Below, in pieces: positions 21,037-31,922 of a DNA stretch of 64,000 bases. Position numbers and translations under genes: made by a program. The stretch is from contig CAYPWJ010000001.1 in assembly GCA_964414415.1 (NCBI GenBank), forward strand, positions 138,701-202,700, read 5' to 3'. The notes under the pieces are model-generated. The model ran no database searches, was not told where the DNA came from, and saw only the letters and a program-made list of their open reading frames with translations. The stretch's first letter is position 1; each line of letters starts with the position of its first letter. Source of the stretch: an uncultured Thermoplasmatales archaeon. Its GTDB lineage: Archaea; Thermoplasmatota; E2; UBA202; DSCA01.

Positions 21037-21594
21037 GTGCATGTCAACCGTCTGATGCTGCCGTTTCTGTTCGTCGGCGTGCTCGCTACAGCGGCTATCT
21101 TCACGGCACCGTTTGCCCTGCAGCGCGGCACCGTAACGGGGTTTGAAGGCCGCGCCTGGCACATCGACCACCGGGAGGCCTGGGAGAAGCTGCCGCTGCT
21201 GCCGCGCCTTGTATATTACGGCGGCGACGTGGTCTGTCATCAACGACATCAGCGTTCATACATGCTGCACGGCAACCAGATGCCGGTCTGTGCACGTGAC
21301 GTCGGCCTGCTCGTCGGCATGACCGGCGGCTTCGCCCTCGCCTTGGCTGCAACGCCGGCTGCCACCATTCAGGGCACGTTTCGTGCGATGCTGCCGTTTG
21401 TGCAGGGAAAACTCGCGATGGCGGGTGTACTGGCCGGGCTGCTTATCCCGCTGCCGCTGGACGGCTTCCTCCAGCTGCTGACCGCCTACGAGAGCGTCAA
21501 TCCGCTGCGCACCACCACGGGGGTGCTCTTCGGCTTCGGCGTGGCGCTGCTCGCGTCGCTGTTTCTGCTGGCTGACCCAAGGCGTTACCGATAA
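21037..21594 (+). CDS. DUF2085 membrane protein
   Basis: CHQ...RS....[16 protein letters not shown]...YES.N..R..TG. Confidence 0.88.
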   Translation: MHVNRLMLPFLFVGVLATAAIFTAPFALQRGTVTGFEGRAWHIDHREAWEKLPLLPRLVYYGGDVVCHQRHQRSYMLHGNQMPVCARDVGLLVGMTGGFALALAATPAATIQGTFRAMLPFVQGKLAMAGVLAGLLIPLPLDGFLQLLTAYESVNPLRTTTGVLFGFGVALLASLFLLADPRRYR

Positions 21595-21623
21595 CGATAT
21601 TAACGGCAAGTCTATTTGTAGAT

Positions 21624-23231
21624 ATGCCCAGCGGGAAATTTGTTATCACCACCGGCGGTGTTCTGTCCGGTCTCGGCAAAGGCATCACCATGTCGTCGAT
21701 CGGCTTGCTTTTCAAGATGCAGGGATACGACGTGACGGCGATAAAGATCGACCCGTATCTGAACTGCGACGCCGGCACGATGAACCCGTTTCAGCACGGC
21801 GAGGTGTTCGTGCTCGACGACGGCAGCGAAGTCGACCTCGACCTGGGCAACTATGAGCGCTTCCTGGACGTCAGCCTGTCCAGCGAGAACAACATCACCA
21901 CGGGCCGGGTCTATCGTCGGGTCATCGAAAAAGAGCGACGGGGCGACTATCTCGGCAAGACGGTGCAGATCGTCCCGCACGTCACCGATGAAATCAGGGA
22001 ATGGATCAAGGACGTGGCCCGGGAAAGCGACGTTGACCTCTGCCTCGTCGAGATCGGCGGCACCGTCGGCGACATCGAGTCCATGCCCTTCCTGGAGGCA
22101 GTGCGGCAGCTCCACCAGGAGCGGCCTGACGACGTCGTCTTCCTGCATACCACGCTTGTACCGGTGCTCAACGTTGTCGGTGAACAAAAAACCAAGCCGA
22201 CGCAGCATTCCGTCAAGGAGCTCCGGGCCATCGGTATCGACCCCGACATCATCATCGGCCGGTCGGAGGAGCCACTCGAAGAGAAAACCCGGGAAAAGAT
22301 ATCGCTGTTCTGCGACGTCCCCGTCGAGGGCGTCATCTCGGCGCCGGACGCTGAATGCATCTACAAGGTGCCGCTCATGCTTGACGACCAGGAACTCACC
22401 GACTTTCTGCTGCAGCGCTTCGATATGAAGCGACGCGACGGTCTTGACCGGTGGAAGCGCTTCGTGGAGCGGGTGACGCATGCCGACCACGAGGTCACCA
22501 TCGGCATCGTCGGCAAGTACACGTCGTTGAGTGACTCCTACATCAGCATAGAGGAGGCCTTCAGCCATGCGGGGGCGCCGCTCGACACCGAGGTGTGCAT
22601 CGAATGGATCGACGCTGAGGAACTCCAGGATGGCGAGGTGTCGCTCGACCACCTGCACGGCATCCTCGTCCCCGGTGGATTCGGGATGCGCGGTGCAGAC
22701 GGCAAAATCGAGTCTATCCGTTATGCACGGGAGAACGACATTCCGTATCTGGGCATCTGCTTCGGCTTCCAGCTGGCAGTCGTCGAATACGGCCGGCATG
22801 TCCTCGGCCTGGACTGCAACAGCATCGAGATCGACCCTGACACGGAGCATCCAATCATCACTATCCTGCCGGAGCAGCACGATGTCGAAAACATGGGCGG
22901 AACGATGCGGCTCGGGGCCCAGCCAATCGAGATAACGGAAGACACGCTTGCTCATCGCCTGTACGGCTCGACCGAGATAACGGAGCGTCATCGCCACCGC
23001 TACGAGGTCAACCCCGACGACATCGAGGACCTCGAGGCTGCAGGCCTACGCTTTTCAGGTGTCTCGCCCAGCCGACGGCGGATGGAGATCGCTGAGCTGC
23101 CCGACCACCGCTTTTTTATCGCCTCTCAGTTCCATCCCGAGTTCACCTCCCGCCCGCTTGCTCCTTCTCCGTTGTTTTATGGCTTCGTGCAGGCGGCCCT
23201 GGCGTACAAGCAGGCTGACGAAGATGCATAA
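21624..23231 (+). CDS. pyrG: CTP synthase
   Basis: [49 protein letters not shown]. Confidence 0.98.
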   Translation: MPSGKFVITTGGVLSGLGKGITMSSIGLLFKMQGYDVTAIKIDPYLNCDAGTMNPFQHGEVFVLDDGSEVDLDLGNYERFLDVSLSSENNITTGRVYRRVIEKERRGDYLGKTVQIVPHVTDEIREWIKDVARESDVDLCLVEIGGTVGDIESMPFLEAVRQLHQERPDDVVFLHTTLVPVLNVVGEQKTKPTQHSVKELRAIGIDPDIIIGRSEEPLEEKTREKISLFCDVPVEGVISAPDAECIYKVPLMLDDQELTDFLLQRFDMKRRDGLDRWKRFVERVTHADHEVTIGIVGKYTSLSDSYISIEEAFSHAGAPLDTEVCIEWIDAEELQDGEVSLDHLHGILVPGGFGMRGADGKIESIRYARENDIPYLGICFGFQLAVVEYGRHVLGLDCNSIEIDPDTEHPIITILPEQHDVENMGGTMRLGAQPIEITEDTLAHRLYGSTEITERHRHRYEVNPDDIEDLEAAGLRFSGVSPSRRRMEIAELPDHRFFIASQFHPEFTSRPLAPSPLFYGFVQAALAYKQADEDA

Positions 23232-24036
23232 CGACGCGGTGGAGAGCGGCCCGGGGCAGGATGATTTGTATTCCGTCTACTGCGACCTGTATGGGACTGT
23301 GCGGGACTGGCTCGCCGACGGCGCAGCTCTGCATCTCGACGACCTAATGGCGAGCATCACCGCCATGGAGCGGCTGGACGACCTGCTGGACATGGAGCTC
23401 ATCGAGCGACATGGACCGCTCGTTGCGGCGGAGCCAACCGTCCGGTCCGTCATCGACAGGGCACGAGACACGCTCCAGAAGCGCCTTACACGGCGGCACC
23501 TGAACGAGGCAACGCTCCGCCGTCTTGGGGGTGACCTCCGCGGGGCGATGACCGACATGCAGAAAGCCGTTGGCGGGCTTGAATCCCGCGCATCAGACAT
23601 CGACGACCTCAAGCATCGCATCGCCGTGCGGAAGCAGATACACGCCGTTACGGACCTCCAAAAACGCATTCGGCGGTTCGCCGACACGCTGTCCATGCTC
23701 CATGACCTCCGCTGGGAGAGCACGTTCTCAACCACCCGCGTCGAGATAACGCCGAAGCAAGACGTGGTCTACCGGCCGATACAGAGCGCCATCCTCCAGC
23801 TGGCGATACCGGAGGCAGCGTCGGTGGAATCCCGGGTGGAGAACGAGAGCATCGTTGCCGTCATCGAGGGAACGATGCAGCTGTCGGTGGCCGGTCATCC
23901 CGGCGTTCCCGACACCGAGCTTTCGAAAGTCGTCGTTGACAAGATGGAGGGCTTGACCATCCTGGGGCGTGAGGGAGAGATACACATCACGAAAAATGGA
24001 ACGACGCCGGACGTGCAGGTACGGAACGTGGGGTAG
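23224..24036 (+). CDS. Hypothetical protein (helical/coiled-coil middle, beta-rich C-terminus)
   Basis: 270-aa ORF overlapping the pyrG stop; codon style like its neighbours. Confidence 0.6.
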   Translation: MHNDAVESGPGQDDLYSVYCDLYGTVRDWLADGAALHLDDLMASITAMERLDDLLDMELIERHGPLVAAEPTVRSVIDRARDTLQKRLTRRHLNEATLRRLGGDLRGAMTDMQKAVGGLESRASDIDDLKHRIAVRKQIHAVTDLQKRIRRFADTLSMLHDLRWESTFSTTRVEITPKQDVVYRPIQSAILQLAIPEAASVESRVENESIVAVIEGTMQLSVAGHPGVPDTELSKVVVDKMEGLTILGREGEIHITKNGTTPDVQVRNVG

Positions 24037-24043
24037 CCGCGTC

Positions 24044-24142
24044 TCACGAGGCGAATATGACGGTGAACGTGGAGAGCACCATGAAGAGCATCACCAGCAC
24101 GGCGACGACCTTCCACAGGAGTTTCTTGTATTTCTCCTTCAC
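24044..24142 (-). CDS. Small single-TM protein, 32 aa (MKEKYKKLLWKVVAVLVMLFMVLSTFTVIFAS)
   Basis: GTG 1 nt after the valS stop; basic N-terminus plus one TM helix; fills the intergenic gap; not in ORF track. Confidence 0.6.
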   Translation of the reverse strand: MKEKYKKLLWKVVAVLVMLFMVLSTFTVIFAS

Positions 24143-24143
24143 G

Positions 24144-26858
24144 CTATCCCTCGATGGAAATAACGATGTCGTCCATGCTTATTAAATCTGCTGTTTTGCC
24201 CTGTATCTGATGCTCCATCTCAAACGAGACGTAATCCCCCGGAACGGTCATCATTTCACCTGCCTCTGGCACATCCGGCAGCGTGATGCCACCTTGTTCG
24301 TTCCACTCCCGGTAGAGCTCATCAAGGTCACGTTCCTGCAGCTTTTCCACGATACGGTCGGTTGCATCGCCAAACGCCGGCCCAATCTCTGCATAGTCAG
24401 GGGTGACCGCGACGGGGACCTCCTCGATCTCCGGCATCCCTGCCACGATGGAGAGCTCGGCAACGTTCAACGTCTGCCGGATAATGTCGGCGCTCCCCTG
24501 CATCTTTTCAGCTGCATCTCGGCTGCCGCCGTAGAGGGTTACAGTCCGGTCGAGCGGCGCGTTCAGCGCGATGCCTCGGCTGCTCTTCCAGTCACGCAGC
24601 CGCGAGATGACGTCCTTGACCAGCTCGCCGCGCCGCTCAGCAGCCTCGTCCCGCAGGACGGGCTCCGGCCAGCTGGACACGTGGATGCTCTCAGCGTTTT
24701 CGATGCACTTGAAATGCCGATGATATATCTCCTCGGTGATGTGTGGCAGGAACGGCGCCAGCAGCTTCGTGACCCCCAGCGCGACTTCGGAGAGGACATG
24801 CAGTGCATCGCCATCGTTTTCGTCGTAGATGCGGTGCTTCACCATCTCGATGTAGTGGTCGGCGAACTCATGCCAGAGGAACTGCTCCGCCGTCCGGATT
24901 GCATCGGCATGGTCGAACTCCTCCATGTAGGCGGTGCATTCCTCGACGATGCGGCTGTACCGGGAGAGCATCCACCGGTCGACGTCGCTGAGCGACGACG
25001 GGTCACGTTCAACCAGCTCATCTCCCTCCATGGCTTCAAGCGCGCTGCCGACGAACCGGGTGACGCTCCACAGCTTCTTCATCAGCCGCTTGCCCCGCAC
25101 GAGGTCCTTCGGCCGGAAGGGATGATCCTCGCCGAGGGTGCATTTCGCCGCATAGTAACGCAGCGGGTCGGCGCCGTCCTCCTCCAGAATCTCAAGGGGG
25201 TCGATGACGTTGCCGAGGCTGGTGTGCATCGGTCGTCCGTCCGGCGACAGGATGAATCCACCCATCATTATCTCGTCGAACGGCCGCTCGTCGGTTATCA
25301 GCAGACAGCGCAGCAGCGTGTAGAACGCCCAGGTGCGGATGATGTCGTGTGCCTGCGGCCGCAGCGACATCGGATACATCGTGCCGTGCAGCTCGTCGTC
25401 CCGCATCCAGAACGTGTTGTACAGCGGACTGATGGACGAATCCATCCAGGTGTCGAAGACATCCTCGCAGCCATGCAGCGCTCCGCCACACTTGGGACAT
25501 GTATCGACGGGCGGATCGTCGATGGTCGGGTCGACGTAGCACTGCTCCCTCGTCGCGACGACGACTTCGCCGCAGTCCTCGCACTCCCAGAGTGGGATAG
25601 GCGTCGCAAAATAACGCTGCCGGGAGATGACCCAGTCCCACTGCAGCGACTCAACCCAGTCCTCCAGGCGTCGCTTCATGTGCTCCGGGTACCAGTCCAT
25701 CTCGTCGGCAGCCTGCAGCACCTCCTCCTTGAAGGGCAACAGCTTGAGGAACCACTGCTCGGCCTGGGTGAACTCCACCGGGGTCTTGCAGCGCCAGCAG
25801 ACGCCCACCCGCTGCTGGGTTGTCTCCTGCTCGAGGAGCATGTCGCTGTCGCGCAGTTCGTCGATGACCACCTGCCTGGCTTCCTCGACCGGCATGCCTT
25901 CATATGGACCGGCGAGTTCGTTCATCCGTCCTTCTTCGTCGATGCAGATGTCCATCGGCAGGTCATATTTGAACGCCATCTCGAGGTCGTCCTTGTCACC
26001 GATGGTACATATCATGAGGAGGCCACTGCCGAAGGTCGGGTCGACGCTTTCTTCCTCGACGATCGGCACCGATTTGTCGTACAGCGGCACCTCGACATGC
26101 TGGTCGACGAGCCAGGGCGCCCGCTCGTCGTCGGGATGCACGGCAACGAGATGACAGGTAGAAAACATCTCCGGGCGCGTCGTCGCGATCTCGAGGTACT
26201 GGCCGCACTCGTCGCGACCGATCCCCCGGTATTTCTCTATCTGCTCGGGCTGCTCCTCCGCAAAATAGAACTTGACGGTGTTGAGCGTGGTCTCCCGCTC
26301 CGCGCGTTCTATCTCTGCGTCGGCCATCGCCGTCATACAGCGGGGGCACCAGTTGACGGGGAATTCACCCTGGTAGATGTGTCCCTTCTCGTACAGCTCG
26401 AGAAACGATAGCTGGGTGATACGGCGATAGTATTCCGCGTCGGTCTGATAATACACGCTGGGATCCATCGACTCGCCGAGCTTGATGAACTGTCGCTTCA
26501 TGTCCTCGATGTTTTCCTCGGCGAACTCGCGGCACAGCTCGATGAATTCATGCCGGTCGATGTCCTTCCGGGTGATACCCAGCCGTTTTTCGACCCGTTC
26601 CTCTATCGGGATGCCGTTGACGTCGAAACACAGCGGGAAGAAGACGTTGTAGCCCCGCATGCGCTTGTACCTCGCCACGAAATCGATGTGGGTGTAATGG
26701 ACCGCGTGCCCGATGTGCAGGGCGCCTGATGCATACCGCGGCGGGTTGTCGATGGAGTAGACGGTGTCGTCGTCGGGGTCAAACCGGTAGAGCTCCATGT
26801 CCTGCCATCGCTGCTGCCATTTCTCCTCCCAGGCCATCGGGTCGTAGTCGCTGCTCAT
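24144..26858 (-). CDS. valS: Valine--tRNA ligase
   Basis: IDNPP..SG.LHIGH, ATTRPE, WDWVISRQR, DTWMDSS, PQAHDIIRTW; KMSKS replaced by PMHTS. Confidence 0.95.
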   Translation of the reverse strand: MSSDYDPMAWEEKWQQRWQDMELYRFDPDDDTVYSIDNPPRYASGALHIGHAVHYTHIDFVARYKRMRGYNVFFPLCFDVNGIPIEERVEKRLGITRKDIDRHEFIELCREFAEENIEDMKRQFIKLGESMDPSVYYQTDAEYYRRITQLSFLELYEKGHIYQGEFPVNWCPRCMTAMADAEIERAERETTLNTVKFYFAEEQPEQIEKYRGIGRDECGQYLEIATTRPEMFSTCHLVAVHPDDERAPWLVDQHVEVPLYDKSVPIVEEESVDPTFGSGLLMICTIGDKDDLEMAFKYDLPMDICIDEEGRMNELAGPYEGMPVEEARQVVIDELRDSDMLLEQETTQQRVGVCWRCKTPVEFTQAEQWFLKLLPFKEEVLQAADEMDWYPEHMKRRLEDWVESLQWDWVISRQRYFATPIPLWECEDCGEVVVATREQCYVDPTIDDPPVDTCPKCGGALHGCEDVFDTWMDSSISPLYNTFWMRDDELHGTMYPMSLRPQAHDIIRTWAFYTLLRCLLITDERPFDEIMMGGFILSPDGRPMHTSLGNVIDPLEILEEDGADPLRYYAAKCTLGEDHPFRPKDLVRGKRLMKKLWSVTRFVGSALEAMEGDELVERDPSSLSDVDRWMLSRYSRIVEECTAYMEEFDHADAIRTAEQFLWHEFADHYIEMVKHRIYDENDGDALHVLSEVALGVTKLLAPFLPHITEEIYHRHFKCIENAESIHVSSWPEPVLRDEAAERRGELVKDVISRLRDWKSSRGIALNAPLDRTVTLYGGSRDAAEKMQGSADIIRQTLNVAELSIVAGMPEIEEVPVAVTPDYAEIGPAFGDATDRIVEKLQERDLDELYREWNEQGGITLPDVPEAGEMMTVPGDYVSFEMEHQIQGKTADLISMDDIVISIEG

Positions 26859-26924
26859 CCTACCACCGGAAAGAAACAATCCTTATAAGTTTGTTGCCCG
26901 CTGGCGCCAGAGATATTGCTCCAA

Positions 26925-27413
26925 TCACGACGTCAGCGCTTCGTTGCGCTGCCAGAGCTCGTCGCCGATGTAGTGCAGGTTTTCGACGGCTTTGCCGCTG
27001 TCCCGTTCGACCATCTCCGCTCCGTTCACCAGTGCGCGGCCGACGGCGATCCCGGTGCCCTCGGGGTTGCGCACCCAGACGAGGTCGCCCTTCTCGATGT
27101 CCTGGTCGACGTCGGTGATGCCCGGTGCCATAACGTCGGCGCCGTTGAGCACGAATTTTATGGCGCCGCGGTCGACCGCGACGTACCGTCTGGTGGGCTC
27201 GTGGCGGTGGATGCCGGGCAGCGTTAGCATGGGCTCGCCGTCGAGGTAAAAGACGTCGAGGCTGCCGTCGATGATGAACATCGGTTCACCGTCGATCTCT
27301 CCCTCCTCCACGATGCTGTCGACCGTGACGTCGCAGCCCAGCATTGCCTTTATGTGCCTGAGCACTTCTGCTGCTTTTCGCTGCCTGACGGGGTGACGGT
27401 TCCTGATGTCCAT
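26925..27413 (-). CDS. PUA-domain RNA-binding protein (MCT-1/Tma20-like)
   Basis: VDRGAIKFVLNGADVMAPGI, GKAVENLHYIGD.LW. Confidence 0.9.
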   Translation of the reverse strand: MDIRNRHPVRQRKAAEVLRHIKAMLGCDVTVDSIVEEGEIDGEPMFIIDGSLDVFYLDGEPMLTLPGIHRHEPTRRYVAVDRGAIKFVLNGADVMAPGITDVDQDIEKGDLVWVRNPEGTGIAVGRALVNGAEMVERDSGKAVENLHYIGDELWQRNEALTS

Positions 27414-27487
27414 GGGTGGACATGCCGCGGGCGCTTAAAACCGTTGTTGTTCCGCTGCAGCGAAAAACCTGGCGTGTGCAGCTTCCT

Positions 27488-27858
27488 TTACTCCTGGCGT
27501 TTCCGGTAGTCCTCGATTGCCCTGTGCAGCCCGTCGGCAGCCAGGTTGGAGCAGTGCATCTTGACCTTGGGGAGTCCCTCCAGCGCGTCGGCGACGTCTT
27601 CGTTGCTCACCTGCATCGCCTCGTCGAGTGTCATGCCCTTCGCCAGCTCTGTTATCATGCTGCTGGTGGCGATGGCGGCGGCGCAGCCAAATGTCTTGAA
27701 CTTGATGTCCTTCAGTCGGTTGTCTTCCACCTTTATGTGGATGGTCATGACGTCGCCACAGATCGGGTTGCCGACCTTGCCGACGCCGTCGGGATCCTCG
27801 AGTTCCCCCATATTGCGTGGATTGCGGAAGTGTTCCATGACTTTGTCGCTGTACATGC

Positions 27859-27862
<4 letters not shown>
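27488..27862 (-). CDS. iscU: Fe-S cluster scaffold IscU/NifU
   Basis: YS.KVMEHF.NPRN.G, GNP.CGD, FGC..AIA, LP.VK.HCS. Confidence 0.95.
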
Positions 27863-29016
<1,154 letters not shown>

Positions 29017-29017
29017 C

Positions 29018-29154
29018 TCAATCGCCTCGTCCCACATCCATCATCCGCTGCAGAGGTTGGCGTGCCTCCTTCACGAGCCGCTTGGACAGGGAAACCGTTG
29101 GGATTAACGTCTCCATACTTTTTAAAACTTTTTCCAGCGTTATCTTTTTCATGT
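29018..29154 (-). pseudogene. nadA: nadA 3' fragment (MKKITLEKVL...MMDVGRGD) separated by IS insertion
   Basis: Typical NadA C-terminus; rejoins the 5' part in frame (CPNM|KKITL) when IS plus one TSD is removed. Confidence 0.9.
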
Positions 29155-29172
29155 GGTGGTTACAGATTTGCC
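29155..29172 (+). repeat. IS terminal inverted repeat (GGTGGTTACAGATTTGCC)
   Basis: 14/18 identical to the reverse complement of 30673-30690. Confidence 0.8.
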
Positions 29173-29380
29173 GGTTTGTGGTCTGTATTTTCCATTGTGC
29201 AGCAGGCAAGATACAAAAGGGAGGGCGGCAAGGCTGCTGCTTTTTGGGCTGCTGGCGTCAGACAGTGCCGTCACATGTCAGCTGTGGGTAAAAATTGGGT
29301 GCCTACGCCGGGTATGGTGCTACCCCGGGCTGGATGATTGGGCGTGGATGCTTTTCCATTTTTGCTGTGACACGCTCTAT

Positions 29381-30583
29381 TTAGGTCAGATAGGCGACGC
29401 TGGTCAGGTTTTCCGTTACGCCGTTCTGCAGCCGGGTCAACGCCACCATGTTCACCGATAGCAGGCAGAGCGTCGTGTGAAAGAATGCATGCTCTGCTCC
29501 TTTCCGGGGGAGCATGCATTCAAAGCCCACGCGTTGCTTCAGATAGGAGTTGAAGCCCTCGCTCTGGTTTCGCCCCTGAGCAATCTCGCGCCGTAATTGT
29601 TCGCTCGCCTGGTAGCGGTGGACCTGATGGTTGCGAAAATAGGCGCCGACGCGTTCATATTCTTGCTTCGTGTACAGGAACTGTAGCATGTATTCGGTGT
29701 CCACGTTTGGGCGATGCCTTTTGTCTCGCCAGTATCGGCTGTATCGTTCACGTATGGCCATGGGGCTGCCCTGCTCGTTGTAGGTCCAGTGTTGCTGCGG
29801 CTTGTACAGCAGCGTCGTATCATATCCGCAGTGGGTGATGGCGATGTTCCGGTAGCTGGGATATCCGCCGTCCACGATGAGGCTGTCCAGCCGGATGTCA
29901 TTGTCCTGCAGTGCCTCGAGATGAGAGGGGAGTGCCTGTCCTTCATCGTCGTTTATCCCGAGGTCCTTGTAGGAGAGGAAGATGCCTTGGTCGGATACCA
30001 TGAGATCTTTTTTCCATCCCCAGGTCTTGTAATAGCCGCTGTACGATGCGGTGGCATCGCCACGCCTAGCGGTGATCACGGTGGCATCTTCCCGGGCCTT
30101 CACAAGTGATCTCCCATGCTTCGCCATATATCGGTCTATCTCTCGTACCACGCGGTAGAATATGTCGTCGACCATGTCCGCTAGCAGGTCGTTGATGAAG
30201 TGTCGTATGGTCTCGTAGGATGGCAGATGGTCGGGGTCGAATCCCAGGTTCTCCGCCACAGTCGGCTTGGTCTGCAGGATCCGGTAGACCTCGGTTATGT
30301 ACCGGATGCCCTGGAGCTTCATGAACAGCACCAGCCGGACACGGGCGTAGACCTCTGGTTTGATGCGTTCCAGCCGGGGGAACAGCTCCCCAAGTACCAG
30401 ATCCAGGAACCCTAGGTGGAGATGTGACAGGAACTCCGAGGTCTCCACCGGATGTTGCTCCGTGGGGGTTTCGAACAATGGGAACTGGGGTTCATCGGTG
30501 TCGAGCTCCTCGTTCAGCTTTTTTCGACAGGTTTTTAAGAGCGTGTCAATTTGTATTTCATCCCATCCCATTTTTATTCCCAC
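29381..30583 (-). CDS. DDE transposase (DDE_Tnp_1-like)
   Basis: LGF....PSYETI..F, EDAT (D), VDGGY (D), RNQSEGFNSYLK (E); start GTG 30583 or ATG 30571. Confidence 0.9.
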   Translation of the reverse strand: MGIKMGWDEIQIDTLLKTCRKKLNEELDTDEPQFPLFETPTEQHPVETSEFLSHLHLGFLDLVLGELFPRLERIKPEVYARVRLVLFMKLQGIRYITEVYRILQTKPTVAENLGFDPDHLPSYETIRHFINDLLADMVDDIFYRVVREIDRYMAKHGRSLVKAREDATVITARRGDATASYSGYYKTWGWKKDLMVSDQGIFLSYKDLGINDDEGQALPSHLEALQDNDIRLDSLIVDGGYPSYRNIAITHCGYDTTLLYKPQQHWTYNEQGSPMAIRERYSRYWRDKRHRPNVDTEYMLQFLYTKQEYERVGAYFRNHQVHRYQASEQLRREIAQGRNQSEGFNSYLKQRVGFECMLPRKGAEHAFFHTTLCLLSVNMVALTRLQNGVTENLTSVAYLT

Positions 30584-30672
30584 TCTCCCAAGCGGATGGG
30601 ATTCTCTTCTTTTTTATGGAATTTTTTGAGCGACGGCCTCGCTCTAAAACACACAGCTTTTTATATGGAGAA

Positions 30673-30690
30673 GGCTAATCTGCATCTACC
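30673..30690 (-). repeat. IS terminal inverted repeat (GGTAGATGCAGATTAGCC on minus strand)
   Basis: Abuts the TSD CATGT at 30691-30695. Confidence 0.8.
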
Positions 30691-31461
30691 CATGTTTGGA
30701 CATCTCGCCGTGTTCACCGGATAGAAACGCTTGCCGGGGTACTCCTCGGAGAGACGGTAGCAGAGTTCCTTTTCGGTGCCGACGATGAACTCGTCGGTTT
30801 CAGTTGCTCCGGCATGGTTTATCATACCGCCCGTTGAAAGCACCTTGTCGGCGAGGTCTATCACCTCGGGCCGGCACTCCGGATGCACCATGATCTCCGC
30901 TTTGGGATGCTGTTGCTGGAGGGACTTGATGTCGGGCGCCATGATTTTGTCGTGGGTTGGACATACGCCGGGCCACAGGATGAGGTTCGTGTCGGGGAGG
31001 AATCGCTGAGCGTAGCTGCCGAGGTGTTCGTCCGGCACGAAGATGACGTCACGCTGCGGCAGGCTCTTGATGACCTTTACGGCGTTGGAGGAGGTGCAGC
31101 AGATGTCGCTGGCGGCTTTGACCTCGGCGGTGGTGTTCACGTAGGAGATAATCGCTGCTTCGGGATGCTCTTTTTTCAACGCTTGCAGCCCGTCCACGTC
31201 TACCATCGCCGCCATCGGACATCTCGCCTCTTCATTCGGATGTACCACCGTTTTGTCGGGGTTGAGTATCTTGGCTGTTTCTCCCATGAAGTCGACGCCG
31301 CAGAAGATGATGGTTTCGGCGTCCACCTCGGTTGCTTGCATCGCCAGGCCGAGGGAGTCGCCGACATAATCAGCCGCATCCTGCACTTCGGGGCGCTGGT
31401 AGTTGTGGGCGAGGGTGACTGCGTTGCCTTCTCTTTTGAGACGCTGGACGTTTACGCCCAT
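30691..31461 (-). pseudogene. nadA: Quinolinate synthase NadA, 5' part (257 codons) interrupted by IS
   Basis: LAHNYQ.PEVQ, FCGVDFM.ETAK, CPMA, YVNT.AEVKA, C.THD, HPEC, CPNM; ORF runs into the IS end and stops at 30661. Confidence 0.92.
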
Positions 31462-31465
31462 ATTT

Positions 31466-31477
31466 TAACAATTGTTA
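31466..31477. promoter_or_regulatory. Palindrome TAACAATTGTTA just upstream of nadA
   Basis: Perfect 12-bp palindrome between TATA-like element and ATG; same core at 31695-31704. Confidence 0.5.
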
Positions 31478-31531
31478 TTGATATATAAATGGGTTACGGT
31501 CTGACGCAGAGAAAGGAGGAAAAAGAGCCGG

Positions 31532-31684
31532 CTATAGCTCGCCGGCCTTGATTTTTTGTTTCAGGCTGTCGAACTGCTCGTGCGTCAACGTGCAGGTATT
31601 GTCGTCCTCGCCGACGGTCACACCACAGTCCGTTACCTCCACGCTGGGGCAGCAGCCCTTTTCTCCACAGAGATATACCTTCAT
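31532..31684 (-). CDS. Small Cys-rich protein, 50 aa (MKVYLCGEKGCCPSVEVTDCGVTVGEDDNTCTLTHEQFDSLKQKIKAGEL)
   Basis: GGTGA SD upstream of ATG; CC-P motif; not in ORF track. Confidence 0.7.
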   Translation of the reverse strand: MKVYLCGEKGCCPSVEVTDCGVTVGEDDNTCTLTHEQFDSLKQKIKAGEL

Positions 31685-31694
31685 TGCTATCACC

Positions 31695-31704
31695 AACAAT
31701 TGTT
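31695..31704. promoter_or_regulatory. Palindrome AACAATTGTT upstream of the small Cys-rich gene
   Basis: Identical to the core of the nadA palindrome. Confidence 0.45.
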
Positions 31705-31768
31705 AAGAACCGTGGGTATAAAAGCATTGTGCCGCACGTTTTTTATCTCACATTCCGTTGCAACGACA

Positions 31769-31882
31769 ATGCCTGTCTGCGACTACTGCAACGAAGAAAT
31801 CCACGATGGGGAAGTCCAGCGTAGCGGAAAACACTGGCACCGGGACTGCTTCCGTAAGATGATCAGAGAGCAGGGCTGCTGA
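31769..31882 (+). CDS. Small zinc-finger peptide, 37 aa, half-LIM-like (C-x2-C-x16-H-x2-C)
   Basis: MPVCDYCNEEIHDGEVQRSGKHWHRDCFRKMIREQGC; TTTTTTAT TATA-like element about 25 nt upstream. Confidence 0.65.
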   Translation: MPVCDYCNEEIHDGEVQRSGKHWHRDCFRKMIREQGC

Positions 31883-31922
31883 CCGGCAGAACCTATTTGT
31901 AGCGCCGCCACTTGTCACACTA

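Larger units (their letters stand above)
29155..30690 (-). mobile_element. Insertion sequence, 1,536 bp, IS4/IS5-superfamily-like DDE element
   Basis: 5-bp TSD CATGT at 29150-29154 and 30691-30695; imperfect 18-bp terminal IRs (14/18); single transposase. Confidence 0.92.

Noticed and set aside
24210..26411. 733-aa ORF antisense to valS, and similar long antisense ORFs
   Set aside because: Expected by-product of high-GC codon bias; no recognisable motifs
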